A DNA stretch of 64,000 nucleotides. Source: the human T2T-CHM13v2.0 reference genome, Homo sapiens. Made by a program: the position numbers and the translations under genes. The stretch is from the NCBI RefSeq assembly GCF_009914755.1, contig NC_060941.1; one strand, written 5' to 3'. Numbering within the stretch: the first letter of the stretch is position 1; the number at the start of each line of letters is the position of its first letter. Shown in pieces: positions 49,801 to 64,000 of this stretch. The notes beneath the pieces were generated by a model that was not told where the DNA came from, did no database searches, and saw nothing but the letters and a program-made list of their open reading frames with translations.

Positions 49801-50480
49801 TGTATTCGTTTGCTAGAGCTGTCATAACAAAATACCACAGCCCGGGTGGTTTAAACAACAGAAAGTTGTTTCTTCCCAATTCCAGAGGCTAGAAGTTCAA
49901 GATCAAGGTGTTGGCAGGGTTGGTTCCTTCAGAGGCCTCTCTCCTTGCTTGTGGATGGCATCTTCTCCCTGCCTCTTCGCGTGGTCATCCCTTTGTGGGT
50001 GTCTCTGTGGGTGTCTGTGCCCTAATCGCCTCATAAGGACACCAATCCTACTGGACTGGGGTCCACCCTAATGACCTCATTTTGACTTAATTACTTCTTT
50101 AGAGACCTATCTCCAAATAAGGTCCTATTCTGAGGTTGTGGGTATTAGACTTCATGAATAATTTTGGGGGGACCATAATTCAGCCCATAACGCTTCTCCC
50201 TCTGGCTAAAAATGAATGTCATTCTCACATGCAAAATACATTCACCCCATCCCAACAGTTTCCAAATCTTAACTCTTTGCAGCACCAACTTTTAAGTTCA
50301 AAATCTCATCTAAATCTCATCTAAACCCAGTATGGGTGAGGCTCCCAGTATACTTCTTCCTGAGGCAAAGTTTCTCTCCAGCTGTGAAACTGAAACCGGA
50401 CAACAAGCTATGTACCTCCAAGACCTAGGGGTGGGGCCAGCATAGAAAGAAATTGGAAAGGAGAAAGGGGTCACGTGTTA
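49801..50480 (-). mobile_element. MLT1A/B-like LTR (about 49801-50190) with adjoining MaLR internal fragment
   Basis: tgtattcgtttgctagagctgtcataacaaaataccac...aattcagcccataac, then internal motifs catgcaaaatacattcaccccatcccaacag. Confidence 0.8.
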
Positions 50481-51531
50481 GGGTACTTCCATGTATGCAT
50501 TTTTGAGGTTAACTCAATGGAGAGTAGCCTCCCTTAGTGAACCTGGAAGATGCCACACGCCATTTAACGTCCACTTATCAGGGTGCCCATTTGGAAGCCT
50601 CTTCCTCCTGTGCTTCTCCGTACGCCACCCAGTATATCTCTCCATCTCAGTGCCATAACACTCACCACATCCATCTGATGGCTGACTCTCTTCCCTGCCA
50701 GACTACACACCTCACGACTTCCAGTACATGCTCTATGAGTGACTATTACGCACATAAACCCCATGAGAGGGGCTTTGTTGTTTTGTACATGCTGTGTCCT
50801 CAGAGTCTAAAACAAGTCTGGTAGATGGCAGGTAATCAACAAATATTTGTTGAATCCGTGAGTGAATACAAATAAACACACACACCAAACGTGTATCATG
50901 TGCACATTCTGGATTCTGATTTTCCAGGAGTCTGTGAATCTATGCAGTTTCTTCAAGGAGAGTCCAAGGGGACATCAACACACTCCTCCTTCCCCTCAGT
51001 GGCCGGATACCAGCTGAGCAACCGTCAGATGTCTCCGGGTCTCCCGATGACTCACTGAATGCTTTCTTTGGGAGGAGTGGGAGGAGAGGATGGCTGACAA
51101 AAATAACTGCGGGCACTTGAAGCGGCATCAAGCCTCTGTCGGCGGGGGAACAACGGGGGCGCATCTGAAGGTTTCTCCCAGGCGGGGCGGGCAGCTCTCT
51201 ATTCTTCAGCACCGGAGGTTCTCCTATGTGTTTAGAGAATTAGATAAACGTAGAGTGAATGGAATAAAACCGGCATTGCTCCCAAGCAGTCAGCTGCTCT
51301 TGCCATATGTGAAATTCTGTATCAGCTGTGAAGGAAACACACAGGAAGGGAGCTTAGTGAACACCGTTAAGGTGATCATTCTGTGTGTCTGTCTTTTTTT
51401 GTTCTTTAAAAAGGGCTTTATGCTTTGTATTTTATCTCATCTGATGATCACATCAATCAGGTCAGAAGGGCACTTTCACGGAAGAAAAAGGCTCAGAGAG
51501 AATCACTGACTTGCTGGAGAGGATCATTAGA

Positions 51532-51705
51532 GCATGGTTCTCAACATGTGGTCCAAGGACCAGCAGTGTCACCACCACCTGTGAACCTGGTAGACACGCA
51601 AACTCTGGGCCCTTTCCAGATCAGAAACTCTGGGGTGGGGCCCGGGAGCCCATTGTACAAGACCTCCAGGTGATTCAAATGCATAGCTGAGTTTGAGAAC
51701 CCTTG
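51532..51705. mobile_element. MER5A-like MITE inserted in a MIR
   Basis: TIRs catggttctcaac...tttgagaaccctt. MIR core on both sides. Confidence 0.75.
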
Positions 51706-51899
51706 GCTTAGAGTCACACAGGTAACAAGTTACAGATCCTGGGTGAGAACCCAAGGATGTCCTTGGATACTATACTTCAGTGAGTGACTTGCATGTTAGT
51801 AGCTGACAATATCTCTCAGGACAATCCCTTGCAATATTAATTTACATTTTGCTTTTGCTTCTACTTCAGTTTATGAAGCCCGGCACAGTCCAGTTCCGG

Positions 51900-52585
51900 C
51901 TACAGCTCCAGCTTCCCTCCCACTCACTGTGCTGGGGCCACACTGGCCTTCTCTCTGTTCTTTAGACACAGCATGCCCTTTTCTGCTCCAGGACCTTTGC
52001 ACATACTGTTTCCTCTGCCCAGAATGCCATCCCTGCTAGCTTGATTCTTCTCACTTTAAGTCTCGAGGCAGTCATCCTCTTTTCAGAGAGAACTTTAGGA
52101 CATGCCCATGATGCTCACAGATCGTTCTGTTTAGTCGCATCATAGCACTCGACACCTCCCGAAGTTAACTTGTTTGTTTATTTTATTTTATTTTTGGAGA
52201 CAGAGTTTCACTCTGTTGCCCAGGCTGGAGTGCAGTGGCACGATCTCGGCTCACTGCAACCTCTGCCCAAGTAGCTGAGACTACAGGCACACGCCACTAC
52301 ACCTGGCTAATTTTATTTTATTTTATTTTTGTATTTTAGTAGAGACGGGGTTTCACCGTGTTGCCCAGGCTGGTCTCAAACTCCTGAGCTCAGGCAATCC
52401 ACTCGCCTCCCAAAGTGCTAGGATTACAGGCATGAGCCACTGCGCCCGGCCACCTTGTTTGTTTATTAGAAAGTAAATTCCCTGAGAGCAGGGTCCTTCT
52501 GGTCCTATCCAATATTGTGTTTCCCAAGTTCACCACAGTGCTTGGCATATAGTAGACACTCAACAAACACTTACTGAAAAAATAA
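51900..52585 (+). mobile_element. L2 3' end containing an internally deleted minus-strand Alu (about 52176-52451)
   Basis: ggacctttgcacatactgtttcctctgcc, cacagtgcttggcatatagtagacactcaacaaac. Alu TSD cttgtttgtttatt. Confidence 0.8.
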
Positions 52586-52705
52586 ACCATGAACTAGAGG
52601 CAACTTGAAAGAGGGAAAAAGCACTTTCCTCCATTCTTGAATCCTGTAAGAATGGCCAGTCTAGGCTGGCTCTCCTTTGGGGAAGGGGGCAGGAAGAAAA
52701 ATTAA

Positions 52706-53127
<422 letters not shown>

Positions 53128-53134
53128 CTCGGTC

Positions 53135-54600
53135 TTTTTTTTATTGTGGTGAAAAACATGTAAGATGAAATCTACCCTCTTAACAAATTTGTAAGTGTAG
53201 AGTACAGGCTTGTTAACTTTAGAACTTTCTCATCTTGTGTGACCGAAACTCCACATGCATTGAGCATCAGCTCCCCATCTCTCCTCCCCAAGCCCTGGTA
53301 ACAAGCTTTCAGCTTTCAGCTTCTATGAGGTTTTTTTTTTTTTTTTGCTTTAGATTCCATATAAATGGAATCATGCAGTATTTGTCCTTGTGTGACTGGC
53401 TTATTTGACAACAAATGTCTTCAAGGTCCATTCATGCTATAGTATGTGTCAGAATTTTTTTCCTTTTTAAGGCTGAATGATATTCCTTTGTATGCATGAA
53501 CCACACTTTCTTTGCCCATTCATCTATTAATGCACTCTTGGGTTGCTTCTGCCTTTTGTCTACTGTGAATGATCTTATTATGAATGTGGATATACAAATG
53601 TTTCATTGAGACTTTGCTTTCTATTCTTTTGGGTATATACTCAGAAGTGGGAATGCTAGATCATTTGATAATTCTATTTTTAATTTTTTGAAGAGTCTCT
53701 GTTTATCTATTTATGAGACAAGATCTTGCTCTGTTGCCCAATGGCTTGATCATAGCTCAATGTAGCCTTAAATTCCCAGGCTCAAGCCTCCTCCTACCTC
53801 AGATCCCCAGGTAGCTGGGACTACAGGTGTGTGCCATCACGTCTGACTAATTTTTTATTTTTTGTAAAGATAGGGTCTCACTGTGTTGTCCAAGCTGGTC
53901 CTGAACTTCTGGGCTCAAGCAATCCTCCCGCCTTAGCCTCCCAAAGTGCTGGGATTATTGGCTGAGCCACTGTGCCCAGCCCATACTGTTTTTATAGTGG
54001 CTGGGCCATATCGCAGTCTTACCAATGGTGCACAAGGGCTTCGATTTCTCCACATCCTCATCAACCCTCGTTTTATGATTTTTGTTTTGTTTTTCAATAA
54101 TGGCTATCCTAACAGGTATGAGGTGATTTCTCATTGTGGTCTTGATTTGCATTTCCCTGGTGATTAGTGATGTTGAGTACATTTTCATGTGCTTGTTGGC
54201 CACTTGTATATCTTCTTCGGAGAAATGTCTGTTAAAGGTCTTTCCTCATTTTTTTTTTTTTTTTTTTTTTTTTGAGAGGAAGTTTGACTCTTGTTGCCCA
54301 GGCTGGAGTGCAGTGGCGCGATCTCGGCTCACTCAAGCTCCGCCTCCCGGGTTCAAGCTATTCCTCTGCCTCAGTCTCCTGAGTACCTGGGACTATAGGC
54401 ACACACCACCACACTGGGCTTATTTTTTTTGTATTTCAGAGGAGACTGTGTTTCACCCTGCTGGCCAGGATGGTCTTGATCGCCTGACTTCGTGATCTGC
54501 CCGCCTCAGCCTCCCAAAGTGCTGGGATTACAGGCGTGAGCCACTGCGCCCGGCCAGGTCTTTCCTCATTTTTAGGTTGGGTTGTTTGTTTTTGTGGCTA
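53135..54600 (-). mobile_element. L1MB-like fragment interrupted by AluJ (about 53700-53981) and a younger Alu (54249-54555)
   Basis: L1 motifs gatttgcatttccctggtgattagtgatgttgag. Inner TSD aggtctttcctcattttt. Confidence 0.85.
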
Positions 54601-54634
54601 TCTATTAAATTTTCGATCCAACTTTTGATTCTGC

Positions 54635-54850
54635 CATTTACAGAGCACTGTATGTCAGGTATTGTGGGAAGCCCTTAACACACACAATCTCATTTTATCC
54701 TTACAACAGCCTTGAAACATAGATACAATAAGAATTCACATGTTACAGATGAGGCATCAAAGCACAGACAGGTTAAACTACATGCCCAAGGTCACATAGC
54801 TAGTAAGTGTCCGAGAGGGTCATCAGACCAGACCAATCTGATCCTAGTCC
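54635..54850 (-). mobile_element. MIR SINE
   Basis: ttacagatgaggcatcaaagcacagacaggttaaactacatgcccaaggtcacatagctagtaagtg. Confidence 0.75.
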
Positions 54851-55727
54851 GGATCATAATCTAGAAGCCCTCACTGCATCTCACCACTGTGCAGGTTGAT
54901 AGGGAGGCTGGGGCAGGGTCCTGTAGCAAATCACAAGGGTGTCTTCTCTATAGTCCAGTGTGCTGGGAAGACAACAGGTTGGGAGGTAGGATCCTGGGAT
55001 CTGCTGATCTCAGTGCTGCTCCGACTGGCTGGGGAGCTTCTGGCACAGTCACCTCGTGGCGCTTGGCCTTAGTGAGAGCATTGAGTCAAGGGATGGGATG
55101 ATGTTTTGAAAAAATAGTGTGTCAGAAAGGAAGTACTGCTAGGAGTCCCAAGGCTGGTGCATACATCATGCCGGCGTCTTCCCTCATCTCAGAACCCAGA
55201 GCCTGTCTCCTGGCTGGGGGCTCACAGAGGGTCCTGGCTGGTAGAAGTCTTGCTTTTGGTGTGTTAAACACCCACAGAGTTGGAGCAGAGAGGATGGGGA
55301 GCCTGGTGCTGGCCTCCTTGTTGGGACTGGCCTCTGCTGTACAGGGGTCTTCAGGAGGCAGAGGGATGGGGTGGAGGGGTTATATGGGTATAGAGAGTTG
55401 AGGCTTCCAGGCCCCACTTTGCCATACTAACCCATCAGACTGCAGGCAAGTTAAGCTCCAGGACATCTGATCAGCACCAATTCTTTCCCTTCCCTGGTTC
55501 CCTCTCCGCTTTGCCCCGTCTCACTCCACATGAGTACAACCCTAATGGCACCTCAGGAGAACACCTGTCTGCCTTGGAGGAGGCTCAGCCTGAATCTGAG
55601 CCTGTCTGCTCTCTGAGTCCAAACTAATGTTTAACCAGGAAGTACATTTCTGTTAGGAAGACTCTTCACTAAAGATGTGGACATCGAAGTTCAGGCAGGG
55701 CAGAGAGATTTGCCAGACTGGACTGTC

Positions 55728-55741
55728 CTGCCATCTAGTGG
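55728..55741 (-). promoter_or_regulatory. CTCF core motif CCACTAGATGGCAG
   Basis: Exact match to the CCASYAGRKGGCRS consensus in non-repeat DNA. Binding itself cannot be shown from sequence. Confidence 0.6.
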
Positions 55742-56094
55742 TGGGATAAGAGGATTAGCTAGCGTCCCCTCCAGCTGTGGCTGCCCTGGAGAGAACAGCA
55801 ATTTTTTTGGAGGGTAAGAGAGGGAAGAGTGGTTTGGTAAATGCACCGTCATTACTTTAAGGCATAATCCATGGCAGTACGCTCTTAGTTGCTTGAGATA
55901 TCTAACCAACTGTTGGGCAAAAAGCAGCATAAATTTTGGCACCTGCGAGAACACTGTAAGTTTTCTCTAAGGGGTCACCTACAAATGCCATCAGAGGTGG
56001 GACTTTGGAAATGTCGAAGTTTGGAACTCATATACTCAGAAGTCACTGGTTCTTGCTAACTTATATTGACACATCACAGTAGAGGTGGATTCTA

Positions 56095-56388
<294 letters not shown>

Positions 56389-56699
56389 TTAATTCTAGAG
56401 ATGTGTTTTCTCTGATTTGATTTATTTTGGGAAACAAGTAGCTCTGAAACTAAAAAATAGTTACAGTGAAGACTCTAGAAATTCTGAAAATGATTACTGA
56501 AATTGTCCTACTGTTTCCATTTATTGGGAGCTGTATTCCTGAAATTGATGCAATAACGGAGATGTAGTGGAGAAGGGAAGCTGGGAGAAGGGGAAAGAGA
56601 AAGAGCTCAGGCTCCTCCAGAAATCATCACCTTCGGCAATAATAATAAAAAGAGTAAGAATGACAACTAACTATCAGTCAGGAGAGGTTAGGTTTTGTT

Positions 56700-57740
<1,041 letters not shown>

Positions 57741-57769
57741 GTTTTTATTTGTTTCTGGGAAAACTTTAA

Positions 57770-59258
<1,489 letters not shown>

Positions 59259-59269
59259 AGTCATACTAC

Positions 59270-60690
<1,421 letters not shown>

Positions 60691-60701
60691 TATATGTATG
60701 T

Positions 60702-60703
<2 letters not shown>

Positions 60704-60736
<33 letters not shown>
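60704..60736. repeat. (CA)n microsatellite
   Basis: Read directly from the sequence. Confidence 0.95.
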
Positions 60737-60738
<2 letters not shown>

Positions 60739-61160
60739 GAAACACTTATAATAGGTTTTTTTGGGCAGTTGTCACCTGATAGATGATATCAGAAGAAATT
60801 AACATCACAGTATCATGGAAACTGGGACATTTTCCTATTCTGGTTGATTGATTTCTGAGCACAGTTTTGATTACAAAACATTTCAAACATACTGAAACCT
60901 ATAGAAAATAAGACACCCACACATCTGTCACATAGATGTAGCAGAGGTTAACATTTTGTCAGATTTGTTTTTGGTTAAAAAAATCGAACATTACAAATAC
61001 AAATTTAATCTGACACAGATACACACACATATAATAGATGCTAACAACAGGATTATTTGTCATAGTAAACTAAACAGCTGGGGAAAACCTAAGCATCCAC
61101 GGGTAGGAGACGGGAGTCTGTGTTCCAAGTTGTTAAATAGGTTTCCTTAAGTGGGGGTGA

Positions 61161-61503
<343 letters not shown>

Positions 61504-61559
61504 TGTCACTGTTTTGCTTTAAAAATTTCAGTGATCATCCTTGACTATAAACTCCCACT

Positions 61560-62046
61560 TGCATTGGTTTTCTAGGGCTGCAGCAACAAAGTACCATAAA
61601 CTGGGAGACTTAAAACAATAGAAATTCTTCTCTCACTGTTTGGAAGCCGGAAGTCTGAAATCAAGGCATCAGCAGGGTTGGTTCTTCTGGAGGCTCCGAG
61701 GGAGAGGCGCTCCATTCTTCCCTTCCAGCTTCTGGGGCTGCCAGCAACCCTTGGTGTGCCCCAGGTTTGCTCCCTGGTCTTTGATCACTGCTTCCATCCT
61801 TGCCTGGCCTTCTTCCTGCATGTCTTCATAGGGTGTTCTCATCTCTGTGTGTCTCCGTCCAAGTTCCCCTCATCTTACAAAGACACTAGCCATTGGATTA
61901 GAGCCCACCCTAATTCAGCAAGACCTCATCTTAACTGGATTACATCTCAAAGACCTGATTTCCAAGTAAGATCTGATTCACAAGTACGGGGATCAGGACT
62001 ACAACATCATGTATCTTTTTGGGAGGACACAATTCAACCCACAACA
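61560..62046 (-). mobile_element. MLT1C-like MaLR LTR
   Basis: ttttctagggctgcagcaacaaagtaccataaactggg...ggacacaattcaacccacaaca. Confidence 0.85.
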
Positions 62047-62619
62047 ATCAGGTACAATCAAAAACAATAAAGATACTTCCGGTGATTAAATGGTAAAAAA
62101 AAAATTAGAAAATAAAGAGAAAAGAGAACGTAAGCAAAGCCAATTCAAAGGAAGAAATAAAAATGGAGAGGAGATGAAATGGGGAGATGTCGGTCACAGC
62201 GTGCAAACTGAGTTACAAAAGGAACCAGCTCTGGATCTCAGGTGCAGCAAGGGCAGTGAGGGGTGTGTTCATTAATTTGATTCTGGTAATCATGACACAA
62301 TGTATACCAATCATCATGTTGTACACCTTGAATATATGCAACCTTCATTTGACAATTAAATATTTTAAAATTAAAAAATTAAAAAAACAAGGCACATTCT
62401 GGACACTAAAATCCTGCTCCAGTGGGTACCATTCTTCCTGAATCCAGCTCCTTGATTATCCAGGAATGCCATGATTACAAGGTAAATTTTCCTGCAAATT
62501 TTTTTTTGTTAAACTGATATGTGCCGTTTAAAGTTTCTCAAACTAGTCCTTCCTTGCTCGAAAGTCTCTTGTACTTAAAACACTGGGAGGAGAGAGGCTA
62601 TGGGTAATGAGAAAGGGGA

Positions 62620-63070
62620 GGGGAAAATATATTAAAGGTGAGACAGTTCTTTCTACATTAGATGGACTATCAGGTGACGCCATCCCATAGGCAGGTGGGA
62701 AAGACGGGAGTAGAGCCTAGAAGAGGCCACAGGACCAACACCGGGAGCTGCCCGCAGAGAATTGAGGACTGAAGTGGCCATAAACGCCAAGCTCTGCAAG
62801 GGAGTGACCACAGAGAGAAAAGAGCAGAGGGTGGACCATGAAATCCTCAGGAGAACCTTGGAAAGGGGAACAGGGAAGAACTGATGTGAAGATGCCAGAT
62901 GGGGGGTGGGGACCTGAGCTAGGCAGGTCTCCAAAGTGAGTGGAGGCAGCAGTGTCAGGGGAAGGGAAGTCCACACCACATCCTACACACGCGATGTCAA
63001 CAAAGTCAGAGAAGAGGTGAGGAGCCAAAGACCCTACAATGTCACTGGGTTCAGCTGGGAAGTTGGTGTT
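62620..63070 (-). mobile_element. L2 remnant
   Basis: gagagaaaagagcagaggg...agtgtcaggggaagggaagt...aatgtcactgggttcagc. Confidence 0.55.
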
Positions 63071-63138
63071 GATTAGAAGAGAGTACTTTGGCGGACTGAG
63101 GGAATTAGCGTTGACAAGTAGAAAGAACTCCTATAATT

Positions 63139-63622
63139 TGATAAAGACTCTGCTTGACCAAACTTTAGTCAGGCTCCTGAAACTTGTCCTGGGCTCATCT
63201 GTGCGGTTACTTGTAAATCTAGTTTTAGCAAAGAACCCGGCCAAGTCCGTTCAGCCAGTGCCGCCAGCCTCTACGCTCTGATCACCTGGATATCTGATCA
63301 GATTCCTCACTCTCCACCATCTCCCAGGTAATGTTGGGTCACCCTGGACTGTCTTCAGCCAGAGTCCCGTTAGGTGTGTTTAGCCTGAATACTCCTTACC
63401 TGTAATGTTTCCTTTTAGTAATTTTCCACCCACTGACTGCCACCCTGCTCCTTGGTTATAAACTCCCACTTGCCCAGGCAGTATTCAGAGTTGAGCCCAA
63501 TCTCTGTCTCTCACCCACTCCAAGACCCCGTTGAGCGGTCCCTATGCCCATCCACATGGTCCTGAATAAAGTCTTCCTTACTGTGCTTTAGCAAGTGTCG
63601 TTGAATTATTTTTTCCTTAACA
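63139..63622 (+). mobile_element. MER31-like ERV1 solo LTR with 4-bp TSD AATT, inserted in an old L1 fragment (about 63120-64000)
   Basis: TG...CA termini (tgataaagactctgcttgacc...ccttaaca). AATT at 63135-63138 and 63623-63626. Confidence 0.85.
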
Positions 63623-64000
63623 AATTCAATATGAAAAAGAAGACTCAATAGAAAGATGGGCAAAGTATATAAAACAACACCTACAATAGACTTCTTTCCA
63701 GTAGTTACAGTGAATAAACAGGAGCTATAGGAATCCACATGGATAAATCTGAAAAAGACGAGATAAGACAAATTGCAGAAAGAAATGCACAATCTGGTAC
63801 TTAAAGTTTTTAAATTTTCATTTTTTACTTAACAGGTGAAATTTCACATATTATTTGTATATACATGCACATATAAAAGTGTAAAGACATTTAAAAAGTG
63901 GTTACACGTACAGAAAAAGACAAGGGAATGAGATTCAGGCAGGAGAGGTTCATAGGGGATTTTAATTGTATCTATCATGTTTTAAAAACATTTTACATTT

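Overview
Primate (almost certainly human) genomic DNA. I recognise the locus from a translated exon as the 5' end of LRRC75A (FAM211A/C17orf76, chr17p11.2) on the minus strand. The only protein-coding sequence I can support is its first coding exon (ATG at 26279, GT donor after 26034, 82 codons), which sits in a strong CpG island at about 25.8-27.0 kb. Positions 1-26033 are intron 1: GC-rich, moderately repeat-rich, and possibly overlapped by long isoforms of the antisense lncRNA SNHG29/LRRC75A-AS1. Positions ~27-64 kb are upstream intergenic DNA dominated by repeats: over 30 Alus, L1M and L2 remnants, MaLR/ERVL/ERV1 LTRs and hAT DNA transposon fossils. Nearly all other ORFs in the track are Alu, L1, microsatellite or GC-rich artefacts. 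I see no evidence for a wholly new biological system. The best leads are a predicted N-myristoylation motif whose use could depend on start-codon choice, G-quadruplex motifs around exon 1, a strong distal CTCF motif, a candidate antisense exon, and several unusual transposon architectures. Repeat family and subfamily names come from memory of consensus sequences and should be confirmed with RepeatMasker/Dfam. Boundaries without a quoted target-site duplication (TSD) are approximate.
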